NCBI GenBank assembly: GCA_011051925.1
Contig: DRKE01000239.1
Location: 1-39,743 of the forward strand
Direction: 5' to 3'
DNA: 39,743 nt
DNA from: Deltaproteobacteria bacterium
GTDB lineage: Bacteria > Myxococcota_A > UBA9160 > UBA4427
Shown: positions 8,639-18,134 of the stretch, one piece after another
Position numbering within the stretch: the stretch's first letter is position 1
Layout of the letters: each line of letters begins with the position of its first letter
Translations under genes and position numbers: made by a program
Notes under the pieces: model-generated
What the model saw: only the letters and a program-made list of their open reading frames with translations
The model's database searches: none
What the model was told of the DNA's origin: nothing

Positions 8639-9631
8639 TTGGCGTTCTTGCGACGTGGAAAGAAGAAGGGCGAAGAGGGCTACGGCGACGGACGCGCTTC
8701 GATCGCCGAGGGCGACGACGTTCTCCTCGACGAAGAGGCGATGGTCCAGCAGCTGCTCGCCTGCATCGAGGCGCCCGACTATCGGCCCCCGACGCTGCCC
8801 GCCGTGGCCGTCGAGCTGATGACGCTCTCCCAGCGCTCCGACGTCGAGATCGACGACGTCGTCAAGCTGCTCGAGCAGGACAGCCTGATCGCGGGCCGTA
8901 TCCTGAAGGTCGTCGGGTCGGCCGCGTTCACGGGAGCGATGAAGATCACTTCGCTGCGCGATGCGACGATGCGGCTGGGGCTCAATACGATCCGGGATCT
9001 CGTGATGGAGATCGCGATGAACATGCGCGTCTTCAAATCGTCGGATTATGCGGATACGATGGACCTGTTGCGCCGACATGCGACGGCGACCGCCCATCTC
9101 GCCCGACTTGTCTGCAAGCATACGGACGTCGATGCCGAGTTCGCCTTCCTGGCGGGCCTGCTTCACGACGTGGGCATCGCCGGAACGCTACTGGCGCTTT
9201 CGGAGAAGAAGGGCAGACGGAAATCCCCGCCCGACCTGATCTCGATCTGGCCCGCGGTCGATCGCGTCCATCAACGTGCGGGGGAACTCATGGCAGGCCT
9301 CTGGGAGCTCCCGGTCGACATCCAGACGGTCTTGAGCGCCCATCATCAGGTCATCATCAAGGGTGAAACCCACACCCTCGCCGCGACCGTCGCGCTCGCC
9401 AACGAGATCGCCCATTCCCTGGGCGTCGGCGTCATCCCGAAGGCGGAGGCCGACATGCAGGAGATGACGGCCGAAGAGCGGGACTGCGTTCGAGCCCATA
9501 CCTCCGTCGATCGGAGCAGCAAGGCGACGATGAGTCACGCCTGTCAGGCCCTGGGGCTCGACGAGTCGACGCTCCTGATGATCCGCAAGGAAGGCGCGGA
9601 AGTCCTGCAGACGATTCCCGGACTCGATTGA
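8639..9631 (+). CDS. HDOD domain-containing signal transduction protein
   Basis: PPTLPAVAVEL..LEQDSLIAGRILKVVGSA..ITSLRDATMRLG..AFLAGLLHDVG..WELP..HH. Confidence 0.92.
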   Translation: MAFLRRGKKKGEEGYGDGRASIAEGDDVLLDEEAMVQQLLACIEAPDYRPPTLPAVAVELMTLSQRSDVEIDDVVKLLEQDSLIAGRILKVVGSAAFTGAMKITSLRDATMRLGLNTIRDLVMEIAMNMRVFKSSDYADTMDLLRRHATATAHLARLVCKHTDVDAEFAFLAGLLHDVGIAGTLLALSEKKGRRKSPPDLISIWPAVDRVHQRAGELMAGLWELPVDIQTVLSAHHQVIIKGETHTLAATVALANEIAHSLGVGVIPKAEADMQEMTAEERDCVRAHTSVDRSSKATMSHACQALGLDESTLLMIRKEGAEVLQTIPGLD

Positions 9632-9681
9632 CCGGACTCGATCCGGGTCGGGCCCGGGCTTTCCGGTCGCTTCGATCGACT

Positions 9682-10077
9682 TCAGGAACCGGATGGTCCC
9701 GCGAGAGGAGTTCCCTGGTGGAAAAGGATCTGCCAGCGGTCCTCCCGGAAGACCCAGATCGAGCTTCGCAGGGAATGGGCAGGGTCGCCCGCGCCGCGCC
9801 GCTCGACCCGATAGATTGCCAGGACGATCTGCGACGAGAGTCGTCGGACCGAGAAACCGGAGATGCGGAACGAGGCCCCGGTTTCGCTCGAGAGCGCTTC
9901 GAGGGCGTCGTGTCTTCCGAAGACGCGACCCGAAGCGCCGATCTCGACGAAATCGTCGGCGACGAGGCGCGCCAGCCTGGCCGGATCCCCGCGGATCTCC
10001 GGATCGAGCAGGCTCTCCTCGAGCTGGCGGATCTCGAGCGCCACGTCTGCCTCTTCACGAATCGGAGTCGCGTCCAT
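9682..10077 (-). CDS. DUF4440 / NTF2-like protein
   Basis: LEESLLDPEIR..ADDFVEIGASGR..SLRSSIW..WQILFHQGT. Confidence 0.9.
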   Translation of the reverse strand: MDATPIREEADVALEIRQLEESLLDPEIRGDPARLARLVADDFVEIGASGRVFGRHDALEALSSETGASFRISGFSVRRLSSQIVLAIYRVERRGAGDPAHSLRSSIWVFREDRWQILFHQGTPLAGPSGS

Positions 10078-10151
10078 CTATCGCCTGACTCGCACGATCG
10101 CTCCATGACTCTTGTCGGCCGTGGCCGTCTGCCATCGCGTGGCATTCCTGA

Positions 10152-11105
10152 TCAGGCCGGAAAGGTTTCTCCGGACCATTCCTCGCTGAGCTGCCACAGG
10201 CGTTCGGCCGCCTCTTCGTCGAGCGCCCAGGGGCGGACGCCGCGTGCGGCGAGCGCATCGTCGGTGCGTTCGGCGACGTGGCAATCCTCGCAGTAGAGAC
10301 CGCCGCGTCCCTCGAGTTCGGGGGCCGTCGCCGCCCATACGGTCGTCGCGGCCCCTTGTGGAACCTTCTTGAATGTCATCGGTTCGTTCTTCGGCCGCCG
10401 GGCCATCAGGTCCTTCATGTCGTTCTCGTCCATGTGGCGGCTGAGTTCGGTCATGATCGAACCCGGGTGGACGGCGAAGGCGCGGACGCCACGATCCCGG
10501 AAGCGTTTGTCGAGCGCCACGCTGAAGAGGACGTTCGCCGTCTTGGCCTGTCCGTAGGCGAGCCATTTGTCGTAGGGCTCCTTCTCGAAGAAGGGATCCT
10601 CGAATCGGAAGGGCGAGAGACGGTGGCCCGCACTCGAAAGATTCACGATGCGTGCGGGGCTGCCGGCGAGAATCTGCGGCATGAGACGCGCGGTCAACAC
10701 GAAATGGCCGAGATGGTTCGTGCCGAGCTGGGTGTCGAGGCCCTGGGCCGTCCGGCCGAGGGGGCAGGCCATGACGCCTGCATTGTTGATCAGGCGGTCG
10801 ATGCGGGCGAATCGTCTGGCGATGTCGTCGGCGCCTCGGCGGACCGAGTCGAGATCGGAGAGGTCGAGCAGGGCGAGTTCGATGTCGGCCTCGGGAACGC
10901 TTTCCCGGATCCGGTCGATCGCAGCGCGTCCCTTCGCTTCGTCGCGAACGACGCTCACGATGCGCGCCCCCCGACCCGCCAGGACCCGCGCGGTTTCGAC
11001 CCCGAGTCCTGCCGAGCCGCCCGTCACGACGATCGTCTGGCCCGAGAGATCGAGGTCGCGGACAACCTCTTCTGCACTGGTTTCGGCTCCGAATTCGCGG
11101 CTCAT
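10152..11105 (-). CDS. SDR family oxidoreductase (retinol dehydrogenase/WWOX-like)
   Basis: TGGSAGLG, LINNAGVM, NHLGHF, YGQAK, VHPG; GGAGG RBS. Confidence 0.93.
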   Translation of the reverse strand: MSREFGAETSAEEVVRDLDLSGQTIVVTGGSAGLGVETARVLAGRGARIVSVVRDEAKGRAAIDRIRESVPEADIELALLDLSDLDSVRRGADDIARRFARIDRLINNAGVMACPLGRTAQGLDTQLGTNHLGHFVLTARLMPQILAGSPARIVNLSSAGHRLSPFRFEDPFFEKEPYDKWLAYGQAKTANVLFSVALDKRFRDRGVRAFAVHPGSIMTELSRHMDENDMKDLMARRPKNEPMTFKKVPQGAATTVWAATAPELEGRGGLYCEDCHVAERTDDALAARGVRPWALDEEAAERLWQLSEEWSGETFPA

Positions 11106-11239
11106 GATCCTCGTCTCCTCCAGGTCATCGCTCGGGGGTGGACAAAGGCGGCGATGCCGTCGGGGAGAAGCATAGGAGTTTCATCGATCGGGGCACGCCC
11201 CATCCCGGATCCCTTCCCTTCGGCTCCGTCATTTCCGGG

Positions 11240-12319
11240 TCACGGCGAAGGGATCGCCCGCCGTGGAATCCGGGCGACCGCGATGCGCCGCCGGTTCCAG
11301 GAGTAAGCGACGACCAGACCCGCCCGGGTCTCGAGGATGGCGGGATAGGAGAACTCTCCCGGCCCGGTTTCGAGATCGATCCGCTCGGGCCAGGTCTCGC
11401 CGTTGTCCATCGAAAAGAGCACGGAGAGCGGCGTGCGCGGGGCCCAGTTGCCGGAGACGGGATTGCAGGCCAGGGCGAGGCGTCCGTCTTCCATCCGGAC
11501 GACATCGATCCCGCTGTTGTTGTTCGGAAGCCCGGTCGGATGGGCCTGCGACCAGTCGTGACCGTCGTCCTGGGAATCGCTCCGGTAGATGCGCCCGTCC
11601 GTACTGCGAAAGAGCGCATGAACCGAGCCGGGCGAGGACTCCCAGAGCGTCGGCTGGATGAGACCCTTGCCCGCGAAACGCCGCCGATCGATCCCGATCG
11701 GCGGAGTCGCCTCCCAGGCGTCCAGTCCGTTCGCACTCCGGTCGATGAAGGCGTCCCAGCGTCGACGCCGTTCGATCGAGGCCCCCGCGAGCCAGGCGCC
11801 GGAGGCGATTCGGATCGGCTTGGTGCGGACCGCGCCTCGCCCGCCCCGATCACCCTTCACCAGTGGCTCGGCGACGGACCAGGTCGCCCCGCCATCGACG
11901 GATCGCTGGACCCAGGTCGTCCAGTCGCGAATGCGTCTGCCGATCTTGAAATGGAGGACGAGTTCCCTCGCGTCCTCCGACACGGCGAAGAGAACGGGAT
12001 TCCAATGGGCTTCGTTGCCCGCCCTGGCCAGCAGGCGCGGCGGGGTCCAGTTCTCTCCGGGCTTGCGAACCGGGTCCGATTTCCGGGATGGCTCCGGGTG
12101 CGGGGCCGGACATTCGGCCATCCAGATGCCCACGTCGGAATGGCCCTCGTAGGCGCCCCCGAACCAGGCGACGAGGAGACCCCCGTCGGGCCGCGCGACC
12201 AGGGTCGGCGCATGACATTGGGCGAAGGGACGAAGATCACCGAAGAGGTGCTCCGTCGTGAAATCGACGGGGTCAGGAGTCCTGGAACGGGTCGTCATCG
12301 CGCGCTGGGAGTCTCGCAT
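11240..12319 (-). CDS. BNR/Asp-box repeat sialidase-like (exo-alpha-sialidase family) protein
   Basis: Asp boxes SVDGGATW, SQDDGHDW, SMDNGETW; QCHAPT, WNPVLF, IQPTLW, LPNNNSG, EFSYP; start at 12319 or 12298. Confidence 0.88.
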   Translation of the reverse strand: MRDSQRAMTTRSRTPDPVDFTTEHLFGDLRPFAQCHAPTLVARPDGGLLVAWFGGAYEGHSDVGIWMAECPAPHPEPSRKSDPVRKPGENWTPPRLLARAGNEAHWNPVLFAVSEDARELVLHFKIGRRIRDWTTWVQRSVDGGATWSVAEPLVKGDRGGRGAVRTKPIRIASGAWLAGASIERRRRWDAFIDRSANGLDAWEATPPIGIDRRRFAGKGLIQPTLWESSPGSVHALFRSTDGRIYRSDSQDDGHDWSQAHPTGLPNNNSGIDVVRMEDGRLALACNPVSGNWAPRTPLSVLFSMDNGETWPERIDLETGPGEFSYPAILETRAGLVVAYSWNRRRIAVARIPRRAIPSP

Positions 12320-12487
12320 ATCGGCGGAGTCCTGGGATCCCCCGGATCGATCGACGGGGATCCGCCGGATCCGTTCCTCGGAGGAAGACACCAAATTCGC
12401 ATTTTTTGCGCACCAGAGTGGTTCGCCCCACTCGGGTCTCGGGTTCTCATGGTCGATAGGGCCTCTACCCAACTCATGGAGCGCCAG

Positions 12488-13120
12488 ATGATGAAGACCG
12501 GAAGTGACATCCTGTTCCAGGAACCGACCTGCAGTACCCGACGCCTCCGTCGTTCGGTCGTCGTCGAAGTCTCGGGGGAGACCTTCTCGATCAATTTCGT
12601 GGCTGAGCCCTTCGATTTCGAGGTGGACCAGGAAGTGCTGATGTATTTCAGCGGCAAGACGGAATTCCTGCAGCAGGTGGGGCGGATCCGCGAGGTCATC
12701 CCCTGCGAAGAGGGAGATGACGCGGGGCCGACGTTCGTGATCGAACCGATCGGTGATCCGATCTCCGCCGAGAATCGTCAGCACTATCGCGTCAGTACGA
12801 TTTCAGCCGACCTCAAGGCGCGTGTGGGTGAAGAGCAGGAAGTCGATGTCCAGGACCTCAGCGCCACGGGCTTTGCCGTGATCGCGAGCGAGGACTATCA
12901 GATCGGGCAGACGATCGAGGTCGGGATCATGCACGAAGACGAGCGCTGCCACGGGCTGGCTTCCGTGCAGAGCATCCGGAACTTCGGTCCCGGCCGGATC
13001 CGATACGGCCTGCGGGCCATTGACGAGGATCCGCATACCGGAGAGTTCCTGCAGGTCCTGCAACGGATCTCGTTGGCGGTTCAACGCGAACAGCTCCAGC
13101 GAGGCGGCATCAATTCCTGA
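12488..13120 (+). CDS. PilZ domain protein (c-di-GMP receptor, YcgR-like two-domain layout)
   Basis: RQHYR (RxxxR) and DLSATG (DxSxxG); GGAG RBS before ATG 12488. Confidence 0.82.
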   Translation: MMKTGSDILFQEPTCSTRRLRRSVVVEVSGETFSINFVAEPFDFEVDQEVLMYFSGKTEFLQQVGRIREVIPCEEGDDAGPTFVIEPIGDPISAENRQHYRVSTISADLKARVGEEQEVDVQDLSATGFAVIASEDYQIGQTIEVGIMHEDERCHGLASVQSIRNFGPGRIRYGLRAIDEDPHTGEFLQVLQRISLAVQREQLQRGGINS

Positions 13121-13209
13121 CCGGGACACCGCGCCTCCGGCGGGGCTTCGGGCCACGGTCCTGTCCGCCGATCGATCGATGCCCATCGGGCCGTCTCGGC
13201 CCGTTCGGC

Positions 13210-13974
13210 TCAGCCGCGCGGTGATTCGGGATCGGTCCTGTCGCCGAGGATCCTGGTCCGATAGGAATCCGGCATCAGGAAGGCCAGCCACCAGCACACG
13301 GACGTGACCAGCGAACTGGTGGCGATGATCGTCATCGGGAGGGGCGCGATGATGGGGAGTCCCGACGCGCGGATGACCAGGATCGCGGTGATATGCGCGA
13401 CGGAACCCCAGCTCGCCAGGGCCCAGAGCAGGAAGCGATGCGTCGTCTCGGGCTCGGCGAGGCCGATGGCGAGGCGCCTCTGCATGGCGCGGTAGTAGAG
13501 CGAGGATTCGACTCCGTTCCAGAGAAAGGGAACGAGGATCGAGAACATCAGCCCGATCGCCCAGGGCTGGATCGACTCGATCATCTCCTCGCGGGAGCCG
13601 GCCTTCGCGACCGAGACCGCGCACCCGATGCCGGAGAGGGAGCCCACGATCGTCGTCGTGATCCGGACGAACCGTGCCCATCGACGTCCGGGACGGAAGA
13701 CCACCTCGGGAAAGCGATTCAGGGCCCGCAGGCCGATCACCATGCTGAAAAGGCCCGCGATGAAGAGCCCGGAGCCCATCGGGGTTCCCACCAGGGCCGG
13801 TACCCGGCTCATTCCGGCGAGCGGAAAGCCGAGGCAGAACATGCCCCCGAAGGCGATCGCGAGGAGCCGTTCCGGCAGGGCCCCGGTTCGCCGCGCCAGG
13901 GCATGGAGATGGAGTGTGATCGACCAGCCCACGACGAGCGAGACCAGACCCGTGAAGCCGATGAAGGGGATCAT
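13210..13974 (-). CDS. hypothetical integral membrane protein (about 7 TM helices)
   Basis: about seven hydrophobic segments; motifs RRTGALPERL, VFRPGRRWA, RRLAIGLAEP..RFLLW, WLAFLMP; no soluble domain. Confidence 0.75.
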   Translation of the reverse strand: MIPFIGFTGLVSLVVGWSITLHLHALARRTGALPERLLAIAFGGMFCLGFPLAGMSRVPALVGTPMGSGLFIAGLFSMVIGLRALNRFPEVVFRPGRRWARFVRITTTIVGSLSGIGCAVSVAKAGSREEMIESIQPWAIGLMFSILVPFLWNGVESSLYYRAMQRRLAIGLAEPETTHRFLLWALASWGSVAHITAILVIRASGLPIIAPLPMTIIATSSLVTSVCWWLAFLMPDSYRTRILGDRTDPESPRG

Positions 13975-14206
13975 GCCGGAGGGTATCGACCCGACGGCAG
14001 GCTGGCCTGAGAGGCTATGCTGGGTCTGACGCCGCCGATCGGATCGATCGGGGATCTCCAGCCGGTTCCGGACTGCCGGTCGCTTCGACTTCCGCTGGAA
14101 CGATTCCGCCGAGATGGGCCGTCGGCGTCCTCCATGCCGGACCCATCCCGTCCGTTGCGACGGACTGCACGAACCATGAACCGCGAACAGAGAAGGAGCC
14201 GTTTTC

Positions 14207-15235
14207 ATGCCGATCTCCCAACCCCTTCGTTTTGGCGTGATGTTCGGCTACTGGCAGGCCGCTCCTCCCGACGATTTCGTCGGGATCGCGCAGGAAGCGG
14301 AACGGATGGGTTTCGACTCCGCCTGGACGGCGGAAGCCTGGGGATCGGATGCGTTCACGCCCCTGGCCTGGATCGGGGCGCATACGACGAAATTGAAGCT
14401 CGGTACCTCGATCGTCCAGATCTCGGCGAGGACCCCGACGTCGACGGCGATGCATGCCCTGACCCTCGATCATCTCTCCAAGGGGCGCCTCCTGCTCGGC
14501 CTCGGCGTTTCGGGCCCCCAGGTCGTCGAGGGCTGGTATGGCCAGCCCTTCAGCAAGCCGCTCTCGCGGACCCGGGAGTACATCGACATCATCCGCCAGG
14601 TGATGCGTCGAGAGAGACCGGTGCGAAACGACGGTCCGCACTACCCGCTTCCCTACAGCGGGGAGGGGGCGTGGGGCATGGGCAAGCCCCTCAAGCCGAT
14701 CACGCATCCGTTGCGTGCGGATCTGCCGATCTATCTCGGGGCGGAGGGCCCGAAGAACGTCGCCCTCGCCGCGGAACTCTGTGATGGCTGGATTCCCCTC
14801 TGGTACTCGCCCTACCGCGAGGAGGTCTATGCCGACTCGCTCACGCATGCGCCAGCCGACTTCGACATCGTCCAGGGCGTGACCGTCGCCGTCACCGACG
14901 ATCTCGCGAGCGCGTACGACACCCTCCGACCGATGCTCGGGTTCTACATCGGCGGGATGGGGTCGAAGGACCGGAATTTCCACAAGGAGTTGATGGGTCG
15001 AATGGGATTTCCGGAACAGGCCCAGAAGATCCAGGATCTCTTCATGGCGGGCGATCGGGGTGCAGCGATCGCGGCGGTGCCCGATGAGTTCATCGACGAG
15101 ATCGCCCTCGTCGGCCCGAGGGAGCGGATTCGCGATCGACTCCAGGCCTGGCGTGAGAGTCGTGTCACCACCCTGCTGATCCATGCGCCGGACCGGGCGA
15201 AGCTTCGGGAGATCGCGGAGATCGTGATGGGCTGA
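14207..15235 (+). CDS. LLM class F420-dependent oxidoreductase (Rv3520c-like)
   Basis: WTAEAWGSDAFTPLAW, ARTPTSTAMHALTLDHLSKGR..GLGVSGPQVVEGWYG, AEGPKNV; AAGGAG RBS. Confidence 0.92.
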   Translation: MPISQPLRFGVMFGYWQAAPPDDFVGIAQEAERMGFDSAWTAEAWGSDAFTPLAWIGAHTTKLKLGTSIVQISARTPTSTAMHALTLDHLSKGRLLLGLGVSGPQVVEGWYGQPFSKPLSRTREYIDIIRQVMRRERPVRNDGPHYPLPYSGEGAWGMGKPLKPITHPLRADLPIYLGAEGPKNVALAAELCDGWIPLWYSPYREEVYADSLTHAPADFDIVQGVTVAVTDDLASAYDTLRPMLGFYIGGMGSKDRNFHKELMGRMGFPEQAQKIQDLFMAGDRGAAIAAVPDEFIDEIALVGPRERIRDRLQAWRESRVTTLLIHAPDRAKLREIAEIVMG

Positions 15236-15241
15236 TGGCCC

Positions 15242-15355
15242 GGTCGGCGGGTCGGGGATTCATCGGATCCCGTCTCGAAGGGAAGCCGGGTCCCCGAAGA
15301 TCGGCCTTCGCCTTCGCTGCGGATCGGCCGATGATGAGGCGACCCGAGGCCGACC
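15242..15355. repeat. long imperfect inverted repeat (rod-like hairpin)
   Basis: GGTCGGC/GCCGACC, GGGTCG/CGACCC, CATCGG/CCGATG, GATCC/GGATC, CGAAGG/CCTTCG nested around loop CCCGAA. Confidence 0.6.
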
Positions 15356-15422
15356 TCCGGACCCGATGGTGCGGTGGATGGCTCGGTATCCGGGCGGATC
15401 GGCTCGGAGGTGGGGAGTGGCA

Positions 15423-17246
15423 ATGAACGGAAACGGCAACGGCATCCTGATCACGTTGAACGTGATCCTTCTCTCGAGTCTGGCCGCCCTGGGATATCAA
15501 TGGCCTCCGGCGAACTTCGCATTCCTGGTCGTGGGACCGCTTTCACTCCTCAGCATCTGGAGCGCCTCGAAGGGACGGGTCTCGGCCCGGGCCATCTTCG
15601 TGACGAGCGCGACGATCGCCGTCGGAGGCGTTCTCGTCGCGAGCTATTTCTGGACGGCGGCGCTCTACGGGATGTTGATCGTGGGACCGATCGTCACCCT
15701 CGGCATCGCGGACATGATCCAGACGCGACAGGCCATTCGCCGGAACTTCCCCGTGATCGGGCATTTCCGATACCTCCTCGAGATGATCCGTCCCGAGATC
15801 CGTCAATATTTCATCGAGTCGGACATCGAGGGGCGACCCTTCAACCGGGAAGAACGCTCGCTCGTCTATCAACGGGCGAAGGGTGCGCTCGATACGCTTC
15901 CCTTCGGAACCCAGAGGAACGTCTACGAGAGCGGCTACGAATGGATCAACCATTCCATCGCGCCCGTTCATCCTCCGGAAATGAGTCCGAGGATCATGAT
16001 CGGCGAAGGCCGCTGCTCGAAGCCCTACAGCGCATCGATCTTCAACATCTCGGCCATGAGCTTCGGTTCGCTTTCGGCCAATGCGATCGAAGCACTCAAC
16101 AAGGGAGCGCGAGACGGAGGTTTCGCGCACAACACCGGAGAGGGATCGATCAGCCCCTATCATCTCCAGGGCGGGGATCTGATCTGGCAGATCGGGACCG
16201 GTTATTTCGGTTGCCGGGATGCCGAGGGAAACTTCGCCCCCGATCTCTTTGCCGAGCGAGCCTCGCTCGATGTCGTCAAGATGATCGAGATCAAGCTTTC
16301 CCAGGGAGCCAAGCCGGGACATGGTGGCATTCTTCCCGCCGCGAAGATCACGCCGGAGATCGCTGCGATCCGATCCGTACCGATGGGAGGCGATGTCGTC
16401 TCGCCGCCGGCCCATTCGGCCTTTTCCACACCGATCGGCCTTCTCGAGTTCGTGGAGCGCCTGCGAGAGCTTTCCGGAGGGAAGCCGGTCGGATTCAAGC
16501 TCTGTGTCGGAAAGCGGAGGGAGTTCCTGGCGATCTGCAAGGCCATGCTCGAAACGGGAATCTGTCCCGACTTCATCACCGTCGACGGCGGTGAGGGGGG
16601 AACCGGCGCGGCGCCCTTCGAGTTCTCGAACACGCTCGGCTGCCCGCTCGTCGACGGCCTGACCTTCGTGCACAACTCATTGGTGGGTATCGGTCTCCGG
16701 GATCAGATCCGGGTCATCGCCTCGGGCAAGATCGCGAGCGGTTTCGGCTTGACGCGGATGCTGGCGCTCGGAGCGGATCTCTGCAACGCGGCCCGGTCGA
16801 TGATGCTTTCCATCGGGTGCATCCAGGCGCGCAAATGCAACAGCAACGAATGTCCCGTCGGGATCGCCACGCAGAACCCCTCCCTGACGGGCGGCCTGGA
16901 TCCGGAAGAGAAAGCCGTTCGCGTCCGACGCTACCACGACGAGACGATCCGCGCGGCCATGGAACTGATCGGGGCGGCCGGATTGACCCGCCCGGAGGAT
17001 CTGCGGCCCTGGCACATCATGCGAAGGGTCTCGCATTTCGAGACGCGGAACTACGGGGAGATCGTCGACTATCTGAAGCCGGGCGAACTCCTGCAGAACG
17101 ATCTGCCTCGGGACTTCGCGCGAGCCTGGCGATCGGCGTCCGCCTCGACCTTCGACCATGTCGATGCGCCGATGGGCGACGGATCGGGCGAAGCGGATCG
17201 GGCCGGTTCGGCGCCGACACAGGCTACCGCTGCGAGCACGGCATAG
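15423..17246 (+). CDS. FMN-binding glutamate synthase family protein (stand-alone, membrane-anchored)
   Basis: ISAMSFGSLS, NTGEG, QIGTGYFG, EIKLSQGAKPGHGG, DGGEGGTGAAP, CIQARKCNSNECPVGIATQ ([3Fe-4S] motif); N-terminal TM helices. Confidence 0.92.
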   Translation: MNGNGNGILITLNVILLSSLAALGYQWPPANFAFLVVGPLSLLSIWSASKGRVSARAIFVTSATIAVGGVLVASYFWTAALYGMLIVGPIVTLGIADMIQTRQAIRRNFPVIGHFRYLLEMIRPEIRQYFIESDIEGRPFNREERSLVYQRAKGALDTLPFGTQRNVYESGYEWINHSIAPVHPPEMSPRIMIGEGRCSKPYSASIFNISAMSFGSLSANAIEALNKGARDGGFAHNTGEGSISPYHLQGGDLIWQIGTGYFGCRDAEGNFAPDLFAERASLDVVKMIEIKLSQGAKPGHGGILPAAKITPEIAAIRSVPMGGDVVSPPAHSAFSTPIGLLEFVERLRELSGGKPVGFKLCVGKRREFLAICKAMLETGICPDFITVDGGEGGTGAAPFEFSNTLGCPLVDGLTFVHNSLVGIGLRDQIRVIASGKIASGFGLTRMLALGADLCNAARSMMLSIGCIQARKCNSNECPVGIATQNPSLTGGLDPEEKAVRVRRYHDETIRAAMELIGAAGLTRPEDLRPWHIMRRVSHFETRNYGEIVDYLKPGELLQNDLPRDFARAWRSASASTFDHVDAPMGDGSGEADRAGSAPTQATAASTA

Positions 17247-17285
17247 CATTTCGGCGATCCGAGCCTCCGATGGAGGAAACCGGCT

Positions 17286-17337
17286 TCGAGCGGGTCCTTT
17301 TCCGGCTGCGGATGCACTTCGAGGGGGCCCTGCTCGA
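17286..17337. terminator. possible hairpin between convergent genes (terminator or stabiliser)
   Basis: TCGAGCGGG...CCTGCTCGA stem extended by G-U pairs; no clear U-tract. Confidence 0.3.
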
Positions 17338-17386
17338 CCATCCCCCGCCCGCACCGGCACGACACGGCGGCGTGTGCAGAGGTTCC

Positions 17387-17887
17387 CTAGAGCGTCGGGT
17401 CGAGCAGGACCTCGGTCCGGTCGTGCTCGATGACGCCCCAGTCGCCGAGTTCGTCCGCGCCGAGTTCGCATTCGACGACGCGAAGGACGCCATTGTTGAA
17501 CTCGATCCGGGTCCACGCGCCGCCATGGTCCGATTCGAACTGGATGAAGGATCCCGGCTCGACGAATCGGGCGATCGGCTCGAAGAAACGGGCCATCGCG
17601 CGTGCCGGCAATTCGTTCATCATGCCCTCACGCCCGATCGAACTCACACCTCCATCGGGAATCTCGTGGACGATGACGTGTTCTCCCAGGCCGATCACCG
17701 AACGGATCGCGCCCGCGAGGGTCGTGGCCGAAACCAGATCCCGGTACGCGGCGGGCTTCTCATGGATGCCCCGGGCGAGGAAGACGGCTTCCGTCGGAAA
17801 CGCGGATTTGAGGGCTTCGATCGCCGCTCGTTCTCCCCCGGCGCTCATTCGAAACTCCGATTTCTCGATCCAGACCGCGCTTCCCAT
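17387..17887 (-). CDS. hypothetical protein
   Basis: 166-aa ORF with GGAG RBS and protein-like composition; C-terminal FFEPIARFVEPGSFIQFESDHGGAWTRIEFNNG. Confidence 0.7.
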   Translation of the reverse strand: MGSAVWIEKSEFRMSAGGERAAIEALKSAFPTEAVFLARGIHEKPAAYRDLVSATTLAGAIRSVIGLGEHVIVHEIPDGGVSSIGREGMMNELPARAMARFFEPIARFVEPGSFIQFESDHGGAWTRIEFNNGVLRVVECELGADELGDWGVIEHDRTEVLLDPTL

Positions 17888-18134
17888 GTCGTCACTCCGA
17901 TTTGCGTGCTGGTCTGCTGTCCCCTGGGGCTTCCGGAGCCGTCGGGTGCGGGCCAGTATGAATCCACTCGGATCGTCGGAGTCCCGTCTTGAGTCCAGGC
18001 CTTCAAAGTTCGCGGCAACCGTCGCTCGTCCGGCCTCGGGCGTCTACCGTCTGGATCCGGATCCGCAACGGATTGCATAGTGGCCCGTCGCCGTCTGCGA
18101 CCCGGAGGCAGGGCTGGAAGAGAGGAAATCGGAT

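Noticed and set aside
12432..12459. Weak sigma-28-like motif before pilZ (TCGGG-N15-GTCGATAG) and a similar one at 13983-14010 on the minus strand
   Set aside because: Poor -35 match and spacer one base too long; not supportable by eye
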